Shown here in pieces: positions 12,331 through 28,589 of a stretch of DNA of 64,000 nt; the first letter of the stretch is position 1, and each line of letters starts with the position of its first letter. Position numbers and translations under genes: made by a program. The stretch is taken from NCBI GenBank assembly GCA_004431415.1, contig QPMI01000430.1, positions 6,109 to 70,108 on the forward strand, in the 5' to 3' direction. Source of the stretch: Cyanophora paradoxa CCMP329 (lineage: Eukaryota > Plantae > Glaucophyta). A model generated the notes under the pieces. That model had not been told where the DNA came from, searched no databases, and saw nothing but the letters and a program-made list of their open reading frames with translations.

Positions 12331-12869
12331 CCTCCAGGCTAGGGCGGCCATATGTACAGCTTGTACAGCCGACGTCGACGCCGCCGGGTTCGCTCCCTCG
12401 CGCCGCGAGGGAGCCTAGGGCCGCGAGGGAAATTTAAAGCCGACGAAAGCGACGGAAAAAAGATTCAGATTCATGATCAGTTTCGCCTTTATATTATATT
12501 AATTTATATATTTCGAGCGTGCTTCGATTCTCGCATTTGCAACCTGCAGCTGTGCCTCCAGCAAGCAGTCTGCCACCTACTACGGTTCTTTATTGTTCAT
12601 GATACAAGGAATAGTACAATGGGCGAAAGGCGAAATCAAAGCGAAAATTGCTGCAAAATTAATGCTTAAGAGCTTTCAGGCTTGGTCACATGAAAGCTAT
12701 GAATACGCTGCAGCATGAGATATCGACACATGTACACTCGCACGTAGCGAGCATTTATCATAGCTATATAGTTTCTGAGTTTAGTTTCCAAAGCACTGTC
12801 CGAACGTCCAACGACGTCAACGGGCCCTAGGCCTAGACCTGCATCGATCACGCGCAATGAACGCGCGGG

Positions 12870-14860
12870 CTGGCGTTGCCGACCGCAAACCCGAATTTGA
12901 AGCTGTACGTGGCAGCAAGGGCGATGGCGGCGCCCAGCAGGATGCCTGGCAGCTGCAGTGCCGAGAAGGAAGCAGGAGCGACGGAAAACACAGGGCTGCG
13001 ATTCCCAAATGCGCAGATCAGCCGGCGCCCGCGCGACATGTTCAGGTACGACCGCGAGAATTTCGAAGCGCACATCGAGGAGACACTCGAGCTTGCGGGC
13101 ACCCATGCGAAAGCCTGCACGTCGCCATGATCAGCAAAGGTCACGAAGATGATCAGCGAATTCAAGGTAGCGGTGCACATTCGCGAGCGTGAAATCCTGG
13201 AACCGCTTGTCAGCGCTTTGGATAACGATGGAATAGCCTTGGTTGACGTTGTAGGCCTGCTCGAGCAAAATGGGTCAAAGCTCTGACGCTGCAAGCGCAG
13301 TGTAAAAATGCGTGGGTTTCTGACCCCGAGGAGGTTGCGGGAGGAGTGGCGCAGGGCGTTGCAGGTCGCAAAAGACGGGGCGGCTGCGCATGTGCAAGAC
13401 AGAATCAGGAAGGGTTCACGATAGCGAGGCTTACGCAAGCGATGCTTCGCCAATATATATACGCGGAGCATCGGAGCGCGCGCACTGAACGTGATCTGGG
13501 TATCGCTTGGGATCTGAGGGTTGGTGGCCGGGCAGGACTTCCCCGTCCCGGGTGCAACGATGAGAATCGTAATTGGGGCGCCAACAGGGAAGCCTGAGCC
13601 CAAGATGGTCACCGTAGATCCCGCCTGTCGCATCGAATTTTGCTTTGGGTTACTTCATGATTCTAGGTTGGCGATGCAAACGCCGCGGTCGCCGCGGATT
13701 CGAAGCAAACGCGCGCGCCTGGGCGGATCTGACGGCGGGCTCCGGCAAAGTCGCGGTGTTGTTCGCGTCGAAAACAAGTGAAACTGGTTTGCCGCTCGAA
13801 ACACTCTGGCCCCCGACATTCTGAATCACAATCTGCGTGATTTTCTACGAAATTAAAGGGAACTTCGTCAGCGCGCGTACGATGGCATGGATATTCTAAC
13901 AAAATATTAATCCCCATTGCCAAGTTGAATTTGAAGCAGGCACCGGGCCAATCGCAATGAGTGCGGGCGCTGTAGTTGGCGTAGGAGTAACGCCGGAATT
14001 CGAAGTGGGCGGTGGTGTGGTGGGCGAGCCCGAGGGCGAGGGCGAAGGAGTCGGGATGGCGGCAGTGGCCATGGTACTGCAAGCACACAATTGCAAGTGA
14101 GCTCGAGGCGCGCATGAACGTCAGCGTTCGATAAATATGTATACGGTCTTACGTCGGGCTTGGAGATGGCGTTTGAATGGCGGATGGTGAGGGACTGGCC
14201 GACGGCGAGGGGCTGGCGGACGGGAGGGAGAAGGACTGCGAAATGATGCAAGGCTTTGTCAGCCGCGGATCACGAGGCTTCGTCAGCCGCTGATCACGAG
14301 CGGTGATTGATCAGACCTCGGCGTGGCGCTCGCGCTCGGTGACGGGCTTGGCGATGGTGATGGCGATGGCGTCGCCGGTGCGGTGCAGACGCCGCTCACG
14401 TTCGTGGAAGGCGCTTGACAAACGCAGAGGGGACTGTCGCGAGAAGCTGGCGTCCGACAACCGTTCGAGCGAGAAGACTGCGACGGCGGCTGCCAGTGGT
14501 GCCAAGGATTGTCTGGCCCGATGTGCAATTGTACCTGCGTTTTATATATATATGGCGCGCTGTCAGCTGCAGCCTTACGCACCAAACGCAGTAGTCTTTG
14601 TCTTCGTAAGACACGGTCGTGTGATTCGTGTAGAACTGTATGCCAGCAGGACCGGGGTTACCAAGGCCGTCGCAGTTAGCACCAGTTCCGTCACCAGTGC
14701 AGGCTGGGTTGATTTCGGGACTGTTGCATTTGCATCCGTCGATCCAGCCCCCATTAGGGCATTCCGCGGAATAGGAAATGGGGTTGCCGGATACGAGTGC
14801 CACCACAGATGCGAGGAGCAGGAGCTGCAGAACACACGGCACCACCGCCCATCGCGAGCG
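12870..14860 (-). CDS. Host secreted/cell-surface protein (signal peptide, Cys-rich N-terminus, SP repeats, IPT/TIG-like exon, hydrophobic C-terminus)
   Basis: VLQLLLLASVVALVSG signal-like segment, Cys-rich exon, PSPSPSP linkers, GSTVTILGSGF exon and LPGILLGAAIALAA tail. Exon structure not fully resolved. Confidence 0.45.
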
Positions 14861-15881
14861 CCCGTAGATCGCCGGCGAATGCATCTGCATGTCGCCCGAA
14901 ACCATGAAGAACTGCAGACAGCGGCCGACTTATGAAGAAGAACTAGAAATGAAGCAGTGATGAAGCGCTAGCGTGAACTACTAGGCTCAGGCCGCTCAGC
15001 GGCTACCGTCTACGTAGTACTAGTAACACGAAACCTCCGGCGGAACTTCAGTGACGCGTACGCCGGTCACCGTGCGGCGTGCACGTCACAGCACGTGGCA
15101 CGGCGGTGCGCAACTTGCGCATGCGGCATGCGCCGGCAAATGCCATGATATCGATACCGTGTATACGTATACGTACTACGGTAACACTTCACTGATCGTG
15201 AGTCGTGACTGATGATACCGCCCATACCGTGTAAAACGGTGTAATACTAGTACTTATTTTTTTTGTACTTAATCACTGCGCTGACATAACGTTAACTACT
15301 GCGCTACCATATGCATATTACTGCGCTCAAAATTTTTAGAACGCAGTAATTTGGTAGCGCAGACTGCGCAGTAAAGCGCTAACCGGCGCAGATATTTTAG
15401 AGCGCAGTAATTTGTGGCGCAGTAAATAAGTGAACGCAGTAAATTATAGTAATTTGCCGCGATTCTACACCCGGAAATCGCCAGAAAAAGGGCCGAAGTT
15501 CTGCCAGAGACCCCCCCGGGGCCCGGGCCCCATCCGATGATCCAGCCGCTGTTCAACGGTTTTACGTCCGACGGTCAAGTTTAATTTTACAAGGGTAGTA
15601 CTTTACTTACAAGTAAAACTTGACGTTTTACGTCAAGTTTTACAGGTGTCAACTCTGGCAAACTTGACAACGGCATCCCTAGCTATAGCCTATAGCGCCG
15701 GCCGGCGCCCGGCGGCCAATTTAAAAAAATTTGCAAGTTTTGGCTTAAGTTTATTATTAATTCCATCGATATCACTGCCGGCCAGACGTCGACTGGGCCA
15801 CTCAGTGACTGCCACTGACTGGGCCCGTGCCCGCCGAGTTGAGTCACCGGCGACTCACCGCCGGAGGTTTCTATATATATA

Positions 15882-16033
15882 CCGTAAAACACAATATTAA
15901 TGCGCTCAATATTAATGCGTTTTTGGACCCGGAACCCAAACTTGAAATTAATGCGTTTCCACGGCAAAAAAACGCATTAAATTAAATTGGGGACGCATTA
16001 ATATAATGCGCGCATTATTATTCTGTTTTACGG
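15882..16033. mobile_element. MITE, Tc1/mariner(pogo)-type
   Basis: TIRs ccgtaaaacacaatattaatgcgc / gcgcattattattctgttttacgg (2 mismatches) flanked by TA on both sides. Confidence 0.75.
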
Positions 16034-16120
16034 TAGCTACGTATACGTGACCCTACGTCTAGACGTCACCGTCGATATATTTACGGCGCCGGCCAAGTTG
16101 GGGGAACTTGGGGCCAACTA

Positions 16121-16349
16121 CTGTCAATCCACAAAGTTAGGCGACGACAAAGTTAGGCGCGGAAATCGCCGCGGATAGACGAGTTCACCCATTCGTCTAA
16201 CTTAATCCCCGTCTAACTGTGCCTAAAGGGGGTATGCCATAGTAACGCTTGTATGGAGCGACCAGCAGCTCGTCTATCTTTGTGAACGTCTATCACGACG
16301 GGTGGGCAAACGTCTAAGAAAAGCGACGCCTAACTTAATGACATGACAG
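16121..16349. mobile_element. MITE with TA target duplication
   Basis: TA|ctgtca...aagttaggcg at the left and cgcctaactt...tgacag|TA at the right. Confidence 0.6.
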
Positions 16350-16713
16350 TAGTACTTACGGGACCGTCACTGGTCCGTCATGATCAGTGGTCCGTCACGG
16401 CGTCACAGACTCACACTGTGACAGCTTAAATTGCCGCGTAGTTAAATTGCCGAATTCGACCCAAACCGGAATTGCCGTGGCGATAAATTGCCGAAACTCT
16501 GGATTTCTTCTAGATCTATGGCGCCATACAAAAGCGGCCGTTTAGCCCTACCCCCTGAGAATTGCCGTGGCTTAAAATTGCCGAATTCGGCCTCTCGGCA
16601 ATTTACGGCAATTTAAAACATCATGCTTCGTTCGCCGTCTCGATTGCGAGCCCCGGGCTTGCTGACTTGGCTGACAAGCCGGGGAAAACCGGCAAAACCC
16701 CTGGGCTGGCAAG

Positions 16714-17174
16714 TAGGGCACTGGCCAGCCAGGTCTCCCTCTGGCCAGCGGGCCAGCCCAAGCCGACGAAGCCTTGCCAGCGGCCCGGGGCTGGCCGCCA
16801 GCTTCCAGCGGAAACTTGGCCGGCCAGCTGGCAACCAGCCTCCAGCTAGGAGCCGAAGACTCGGCTAGGCCAGCTGGCCAGCCGACCAGCCGCAGAGCCC
16901 ACGTTCTTAAATGAAATCGGTGTCTTGGAAACGCTTTCGTAACTGTTTTAATGTGCACGGTTAAGAATATTAGCTGTTGATCTTATCAAGCCACCCCCTC
17001 AAGCCCCTCTCCTAGCCTGGAGCCGACCCCCTAGCCAGTGTCGCCGACCGGCTGGTCGCCCGATAAAGTCGAAAAAGGCTGGCCCGGCTGGTCAACAAAT
17101 CGGGCGGCTGGGCCAGCCTAAAAGTCCAAAACCAGCCAGCCAGCTGTTCGGCCGGGCCGCTGGCCAGTGCCCTA
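16714..17174. mobile_element. hAT-type MITE nested in a related element
   Basis: TIR tagggcactggcca / tggccagtgcccta, 8-bp TSD ctggcaag (16706-16713 and 17175-17182), and a further ccagtgcccta end at 17265. Confidence 0.8.
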
Positions 17175-17892
17175 CTGGCAAGCCAGGGTTTCGGCTGCCT
17201 AGCCCAGGCGCCCCCGCCCAAATTGGCCGGCTAGCTAGCCGGCTTGGCCGCCGGCCAGTGCCCTACCCAAATTAAAACTGACCGAAAACAACAAAACAAA
17301 AACACCGTAGGCTCTGCGGCCGCAGCCAATCGTGATTTTCCTTCGAAATAATGGTTCGTCCTCCTTCCAGAGGGGGTACATGTAACTTAGTAAGCGATAG
17401 CTAATTATAACTTAATATTATAAGAAGCTTAATTGCATCATGTTACATTAATTAGATGCATGATCGATCATGTCGCGATCGCATACTGGAGAACTAGAAA
17501 TGTTTAGTGGGCTGCATATTTATAGTACTAAAAGTTTTTGGGCGATCTACTAAATATTTCCCGCCAGCTAAAGCCGAGAATTTGCAGGGGTAGTCCCGTC
17601 TGCGCCATACAAAAGCCCTGTCAAGACTGAGTGACTGAGTCTCTGACTGACCTACTAAAGTTTTACCACCTGCTAAAGTGGCAGTTTTGGCGGAGTACTA
17701 ATTATTTTCCTGCACTAAATTAACTAGTTCTCCAGTATGCATGCGCTGCTGATGATGCGCAAATATATATGCATATGCGCATGCAATGCCATGCATGCGG
17801 CATGCCGAGTCATTCAAATGATTGCCGACACTGCGCATGCAGCGCTGACACAGTGACACTGTGTGACACGCGCCGCGCCGCGTCACCGGTAC

Positions 17893-18513
17893 TAGGCCTG
17901 CGGCTTGCAGGCAAGCCCTTGAGCCAAGCCCTTGAGCCGGGCTGGGGGGTCAAGCCCTTGCCCGGCTTTTGGCCGGCTCAAGCCGGCTCAAGCCCTGGAG
18001 GGGGAGGGGGGAGGGCGTCGGAGGGGGGTGCCGGACGCAGCTGCGCGCCTGCAGCGCATTCGAATCGAAGCTGATAAGAAGCTTAAGCTATAAGCCTGCG
18101 ACGGCAACGTGCATTAACAGACGCGCGCGCGCACACGTACGTATAAGTACGTATACCGGTACCGGTACCCCTCGCGTGCGCGGCCGCGGCCCGTCCGCGC
18201 GCCGCGGCGCGGCACGGCCGCGGCCGGCCGCGCTTTCTCGTTATAATTACAATTGCGCAAAAGATGATAAGAGTATATGTACATGCGTTTCTTTGTGAAT
18301 TCGAAGCTAAATATAAGCATTTCGCTGCGGTGCGAATGGCTTTCGAAACGGTACCCCCCCTCAGGCTTGCCGCAAGCCCGGCCAAGGGCTTGACCCCGCC
18401 GGGAGCCCAAGCCCTTGGGCCGGCCGGTCGACCGGCTTGGCTTGGCTTGACCGCGAGATCCCGGGGCTTGGCTTGGCTTAAGCCGACTTTTTGGCCGGCA
18501 AGCCGCACCCCTA
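17893..18513. mobile_element. hAT-type MITE
   Basis: TIR taggcctgcggcttgc / gcaagccgcaccccta, 8-bp TSD accggtac (17885-17892 and 18514-18521), and subterminal caagcc/ggcttg repeats. Confidence 0.8.
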
Positions 18514-18716
18514 ACCGGTACCCGGCCGGGCCCGCGTGACGCGCGAAGCCAATCGCGATCGTGATTTTCCTTCGATTAATTCAACGTTAACGTACACTGC
18601 GTGCAGCCGCTGAGCGCTAGCCAATCGTGATTTTCCTTCGAAATAATGGTTCGTCCTCGCGAGATCGAGTTCCTAATGGTTTTTCTAATAATTAATATTA
18701 ATAATTGTTTTATAAA

Positions 18717-21700
18717 GCAGCGGCCGCGCGTCCGACGGACCGGCGACGGTCCGACGCCGGACCGACGTCGACGGTCCCGACTCCCGGGTCCGGTCTTCCG
18801 AAGTTCCCGGTTCAAGGTGGTTCCCCCCGCCGCCGGGCCGCCGGGCCCCCGGGCCCCGGCCCCGAATCCGCTCGAGGCTCGAGCTCCGAGCCTCGGCCCG
18901 AGTCGGAGGGGCCGGCTCCGCGCCGCGGCCGCGGCGGCCGCGGCGACTCGCGATCGCCGGCGAGTGCCGATCGCGACTCAATTCGCGATCGCGCGAGCTC
19001 GAGGGCCCGAGCGCGCGCGAGGGCCGAGGGCCCGAGGGCCGAGGCTCGTCCGACTCGGACGTCCGGTCGATCGACTTCCCGGCCCGTCGGGAGTCCCGGC
19101 CCCCGGGGACTCGGCGGGGAGTCCCGCGGCCGGGGCCGACCGTCGGACTCCGGGACCGGGGACGTCGAGCCTCGGAGGGAGCGGCCCGGGCCCCGGAGTC
19201 GAGGGCCTCGAGGCCGACTCGGCGAGTCGACGCCGCCGACTCGACGGTCGAGGGAGAACCGCGGACTCGGGAGGTCCGACGGTCGCGGGCGGCCCATATG
19301 CATGTGGCGGACTCGCGGTCGCATGATGCATATGCCGCGGTGCGCGTGGCCATGGCCATCATGGCCATGGACTCGCCGACGACGGTGGCCTTCGCGATCG
19401 GACGAGCATGCGGCCGACGGCCCGACGCCCGCGCCGTCAGCACACCTGCGCCCCCGGACCCGCGCGCGGCGCGCGGGCGGTGCGTCGGCCTTGCTCTCAG
19501 CGGCCTGCCGCGCGGACCTGGGTGCCGGCGAGGAGGAGGGGGCTGGCGGGGCCCTTCTTGACGGCGTCGCTCTCGCCCGTGAGCCCGCTCTCGTCCGCCT
19601 CGAGCCCGAAGCCCACCACCAGCGCCCCGTCCGCCGGCACCTGCCCCCAGAGTCAGGGGGAGAGGGGGGGAGTGGGGGGGGTACGGGGCGGGCCTGGTCG
19701 CCGGCCTCGAGGAGGACGAGGTCGCCCACCACCAGCTCCGACGCCTGCACCTGTACCCCGGCGTCGGGGGGGGGGCGGGGCGGCAAGGCGGGGCGGGGGG
19801 TACGGCGTGCCTCGCGGGGGGCGCCGCCGCGGACGACGCGGGCGCGGCGGTCGTTCTTCACGCGGTTCAGCGCCCGGAACTGCGCCTCCTTCCTGCGGCC
19901 GGCGCGGCTCAGCGGCTCAGAGGGGCCGTGGGGGCGCCGGGGCCGGGCCGGTGCCGGGCGGGCGCGCGTGTAGTTGTTGGCGGCGGTGACGGCCGAGACG
20001 AGGGCCACGGCGCCCAGGATCGAGACCCCGTCCACCCAGGGGGGCACCCCCTCGTGCGGCACCACGACCATCGCCGCCCCCGGCGCCTCCCGCGGGCCCC
20101 GCGCGGCCTCTGCCTGCACCTCCTCCACCCCCGGCGGCGCGCCCGGCGCCGGCGGCGGGGCCTGCGGGCGTTCGGCGGCGGGCGGCGGCAGGGGCGGGGC
20201 GGGGCGGAGGGGAAAGCCGGCGGCGCACGGGCCCTGTGTGGCGAGGGAGACGGCGATAGAGACGCCGGCGGCGGCGACGAGGATGCGCAGCGTGCCGTCC
20301 TGCAGCGCCTCCCACAGCAGCGACCCGAACGACCGGCCCGCCGCCTCCGGCACCGCGTTCGCCCCGCCCCTGCCCCCGCGTCGGCCGCCCGACGGCCCGC
20401 GGCGGCAGAGAGTGCGTTCGGAGAGCTTCTGCGCACCGCGCGCGGCGCTCGGCGATGGCGGCGGGGTCGTCGGGGAGGCCGTCCACCGCGTCGCTCCCGA
20501 GCCGCCGCGCCAGCTCCTCCGGCGGCTCCGGCGCAGCCTGCGGGGCGCCCGCCGGCGCCGACGGGGCCGGCCGCGGACCCGCCGGCCGCTCGGGCGCCGC
20601 ATCCGCGACGGCCTGCGCATACGATTCGAACGCGGCCGGTTCGGAGGGCGCGTCGGCGATCGGGCCGCGGGGGCGCGCGCGGCCGTGCAGCAGCACTCAC
20701 GTGCTCCGAGGACACCACAAAGCGCATCGGGAACCTTCGTCTGCTGTCCTCGCTCGCGTGCAGGCGTTGCGCGCCGGCGCCGAGGCCGAAGGAGGAACCG
20801 AGCTGGAACTGCCACCTAGGCAGGACGCGGGCGTACGTGCACTTTGCTCTCGCCCTGGCGCACTGCGAACGGGGCCGGGGGGGTCAGGGACGTGCCTCCC
20901 AGCGGAGATGACGCGCGTGCGGGCTGAGGGGAGACGGGTTACAGGGGGCGCACCGAGCTTGCGCTGCTGCAATGCGCTCCCCCTGATCGCTCTGCGGCGG
21001 CCGAGGGGGCCGCCAGCGCTAGCGGAGCCAGGAACATCGGAATGACGAGTACCCCCGTCAAAGTACGACCCCCCATCTCGAACTGGTTGTGCGTGAATGT
21101 TGATGGCGCAAAGCGGTGCTTCCGAGCGCGTATCGCGTTCTTGCGGTAGCGCGCACTTTCGCTGCTCCGCCCAGCGCAGACGCCCAGACCCGCCCCAGCT
21201 CAACAGGCGCCGCCGCTGCAGCGGTCCCTGCGGGCCCGCTGTGCGTCACCGGCAGCAGCGATGCGGCGATCGACGCCACCTGGCCTGCCGGGCCCGCGCT
21301 CCGACAACGTGCGCGTCGACGAGTACTAGTTCGAGGAGCTGGAACCGGACTTTGACAGCGCTTACGACGTCCTCCACCGCTCTCGCGACGGCGTGCCCGA
21401 GCGCTATGAGGCGGAGGAGGTCAAGTCTCCTGCGGCTGCGTGGAACAGATGGCACGCGGACCGGGCCCGCGGCCCCCGCATGCCCGCTCAGGTGCGGCGG
21501 CTCGCTCGCCTGCGCATCGTCCTCACAACATTAAGCGGGCTCTGCGTCGCGCTAATTGAGCTCTGGCGTGGCCCACAGCAGCGGCAGCAGCAGACAATTC
21601 GCGTGACGGTCTCGCCGCCGATGGCCGCCCCGCCACCGCTCGGCTCCGCGGTCATGGTGCGCACGCGCGCTTCGACAGCTTCGACGACTCACTCTTCTCC

Positions 21701-23540
21701 TCCGCTCGGCGCCGCGGCCTCGCCGCTGCCGCTGCCGCCAACCAGAGGCGGTTCGCTGACCGCTCGGGCCGGGGCGGCAGGTGCGGGTCGTGCGGGTCGC
21801 GGAGCACGCGGCGGCCGCGCGGGTCGCGGAGCACGCGGCGGCCGCGCGGAGCGGCCTGCGCCCGTCGTACGCCAGTGTGCCCGCCTTCCCCTCGGAGGCC
21901 CTCCCCGCGTTCCTCGCCCGGTCCGCCCCGCGCCCCGCCGACCCCCCGCCGCCGGCCGTCGCTGACGGGCGCGACCGCGAGCGCGCAGGGTGGCCGAGCG
22001 GTTCGGGGTGCGGCCGGCGCCCCCGGCGCTGGGTCGGCTCTTCGTGGAGGCCGCCGGGGGCGCGGCGGAGATCGCCGAGACCGCCGCCCGGGCGCCGTGC
22101 GCGCCGCCGCCCCGGGCGCCGCCTGCCCCCGGCCCCGAGCCCGCGTGACCGCCCGGGCCCCCGCGCAGGTCGGATCCGACCCGGTCATCTACGCGGCCCC
22201 GGGGGACCCGCTGCCCGGCCCCGCCGGCCAGCCCCGCCGCGCCCGCCTCCGCCCCTCGGGCCCCGCCCGCGGCCGCGCCCCAGCGGGCCGGGCTCCGGCT
22301 CCGGCAGCTCGGGCTCGTCGGCCCTGAGCGGGTCGGCGTCAACGGCCTCGGGCCCGGGCGCCCCCTCCGGCGCCTCCGCATCGAGCCTCGAGGGGGACAC
22401 CCGTGCGCCCGTCTCTGACGGCCGCCCCGCCGCCGCCCCCGCGCCCCGCCGACGCCCGGCCCGCAGACCACAGCCGGGAGATGTCGGGCCGGCTGCTGTC
22501 GGGGCCGGCGCCGCTGCTGAGCCCCGCCGTGCTCCCCGCGCCCACCGCGCGCCGCGTCCGCCTCTCGCCGCCGGCCGCCTCCGCGCCCGGCGCGCTGCCG
22601 CCCTCCTCCGCGCGCCTGACGTACGCGCTGCCCTCGTCGCACGTGCTCCCGCCGCCCCTGCTGCTGCCCGCCGCGCCCGAGGCCGCCGCCGGCGACGCGC
22701 TGGCGCTCGCCTCGCCGGCGCCGTCGGCGCTCTCGGCGGGTCGTACCCGGCGACGCCGGGAGCGCGCTGAGCCGGCGGACAGTCCACGAGGAGGCCGCCT
22801 TCCTCCACCGCCTCTACGGCGGCCGGCCCCGCGACGTCCGCCCGCCCGCCCCTCTTCTCGCGCGCCTCTGTCTGACGCCCGCCGGCCCCCGCGCAGCTAC
22901 GGAGCGGCGGGTCGCCGCCGGGGAGCCCCGGGGGCGGCGGGGCGTGGGCGGCGAGCCTGGACGGCTCGGCGTACGGCTCGCTGCCCTCGCTGCGCGGCCT
23001 CAAGTCCCGCCACCGCGCCTCCGAGATGGCCTCCTCCGACGTCTACTGGGTTCCCCCCCCTCCCCTCCGCCTTCCTCCCCGCCTCCGCCGCCGCCGCTCA
23101 CGCCGCCCCCGCGCCCCCGTGCCGCAGAACGAGAGCAGCAACATGCGGAGCCGGCTGCGGCCCTACGTCTGGTTCCGCATCGCCTGTGCGCGCCTCCCGC
23201 GGCAGCCTCGCGCGCCGGGGTCCGAGCGGGGGCGCGCAGGCGTGCTGCAGGCGGCGGCGGGCGTGTACTACTTCTACTGGCGCTTCAGCGCGACGGTGCC
23301 GGGGCGCGGCCTCGCCACGACGACCTCGTCGAACCTGGCCGTGTGGACCCTGTTCATGGCTTTCGACCTGTGGACCTTCCTTACCTGCAACCTTTTCCTC
23401 CTCAACCTCTGGAAGCGCAACGAGCGCGACACGCGGCCCCTCGACGACTGTGCATGCAAGCCCGGTGCCCCCGCCCCTCCCCTCCTCCCCTCCCGCTCGT
23501 CTGACCCTGCCCCGCCCGCCAGCCTTCCCCCGGGAGTAAC
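18717..23540. repeat. Segmental duplicate (copy 2): 5' part of the Ca-ATPase gene plus divergent neighbouring gene, both truncated
   Basis: High identity to 8661-12330 and 59801-64000. The ATPase lacks everything downstream of the KTPLQ region, and both edges are degenerate. Confidence 0.85.
23026..23460 (+). pseudogene. Exons of a cellulose-synthase-like (BcsA/GT2-type) membrane protein, truncated
   Basis: YYFYWRFSATVP...WTLFMAFDLWTF..NLFLLNLWKRNER.TRPL resembles the Y..WR...T TM hairpin preceding the GT2 domain in BcsA-type synthases. Catalytic motifs are not visible. Confidence 0.45.
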
Positions 23541-24379
23541 TCGGTACCTTAGCTGCCTCTACCCCGCTTTTGTACTTTCGAGGTCCTTTCGAGTTTTTTC
23601 ATGGTACTTGAGGAGGTTTACGGGTGGAAATTTCTGCCGGTTCCTAATTATAAATCGCTGTGGGCTGGGGAGTCAGTGGGGACGGGCGCGTTCCGGTACG
23701 CTTCGGGGTACCGGTACGTATACGCTACGGTCGCCCCTGGGCGATCGGCCAAGCTCGAGGCTCGCGTGCCGAGTCAGCAAGCTCGTATACGTACGTGGGT
23801 CGGGGGAGAGCTCGGCAAGGAGGAGCTCGAGCTCAGCGCGGCCGCCGGCTGATCATGACCGGCCGGGGCCCTGCAACCCCGGACCCTAGGCCTGAGCCAG
23901 TTGGCGAGCTAGCGTGCGAGATTCGCGTGCGATGATCAGCGACTCGCTTGTGAGTCCGCAGGCAGAGGGGGAGGGGGGGGGGAGGGGGGGGGAGGGGGAG
24001 GGGGAGGAGCATGGCAGAGGAGCTCAGAGCCGCCGCCGGGCACTGGAGCTCGAGCTCGAGGCAAGCCTCGGGCAGCGCACGGATTCGGCGAAGCTTAAGC
24101 TCGAGGGTTGACCCGCGAGAGGGTGCCACGAGAGAGTGAAGCGGGCCCGGGATCCGGAGGAAGAGGGAGGATCCGGAGGAAGTTCTACATCGACAGCCAG
24201 TGCAGTGCTATGAATCTGGAACGCCGAACACGCGATTGGCGCCCGCGTGCCGGCGCCGGGCAGCTACAGGCAGTGGAAAGGCGCTGACTCGCGATATCGA
24301 TCGTCTGCCAACCTTTCTTCGAATTTCTCAACGCTAAACATGTACACAGTACTATCATAGAGACTGGCCGGTAATTCAC

Positions 24380-27736
<3,357 letters not shown>

Positions 27737-28056
27737 GGCGTTGCCAAGTACTAGTTGTGTATCAACCGTATCAACTTGTGATCGGCGCGGCCGGCGCCCT
27801 TCGTTCAATCTGGATACGCGGCTCGGCGGACGCTTTCAAGTTTGCAACTGCGCTCAGCAGCTTTCCCGGCCGCGGCCGCGGGCTACTAGGCTATCCTAGT
27901 AACTCAGTGACCGACTAACAACTGAGTAGGCTATTCCTACTAGAGTGACACTGAGTTTTTATCTGTAGATGTAGAAACGTTCGTCGAGACTTAATTTCGA
28001 CAAAACCGGTACCCGAAAATCGTGACGAAAATATGGTTCGACAGCATCATAATTTC

Positions 28057-28133
28057 GTCAGCCCCGCGACTCCGCCATAGACGAGTCAGCCCCGCGACTC
28101 CGCCATAGACGGGTCAGCCCCGCGACTCCGCCA
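28057..28133. repeat. 28-bp tandem repeat, ~2.7 copies
   Basis: gtcagccccgcgactccgccatagacg(a/g) repeated. Confidence 0.85.
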
Positions 28134-28504
28134 GAGATCTAGACGGGTCCGACTCGTCCGAGTCACCGACGCACCGTGGTCCGTACGCGTGGTCCCGGAG
28201 TCCGTGGACCGTGACCGTGGCCCTGACTGTGACTGAATCAGTCAACCCGAGGTTCAGTCAGGCTACCGTGCAAAAGCCGGGGAAAATGACCAGGAAATGG
28301 CAGGAATTGACCCAAGCGCGATCTATCTACTTCATTCAAGTTGCCAAGCATCAGGCAAGGCACGTTATGCGAGCAGAGAGGACGAGAAAAGGAGATTCGG
28401 CCCCCGCCTAGCGCAAGTCAGACTCCATTAGCCTCTTTCCATGCACATGGGCGCGCGGTTTCTTGAAGATTTCGACGACAGAAGATCATTTTTTGGTCGA
28501 CCCA

Positions 28505-28589
28505 ACACATAAAGAAATACAAATTTAAATCCCTCCGCTTCGCGCTTCGCGCTTCGCTCCTGGATTTAAATTTGTATTTCTTTATGTGT
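28505..28589. other. Terminal 85-nt hairpin (28-bp perfect stem, loop with 3x GCTTCGC)
   Basis: 28505-28532 acacataaagaaatacaaatttaaatcc pairs with 28562-28589. Confidence 0.95.

Noticed and set aside
5531-12350. Many long overlapping Arg/Pro/Gly/Ala-rich ORFs in the GC-rich regions (also 18.6-23.5 kb and 59.7-64 kb)
   Set aside because: Artefacts of stop-codon scarcity at very high GC; the real coding signal is short exons in changing frames.
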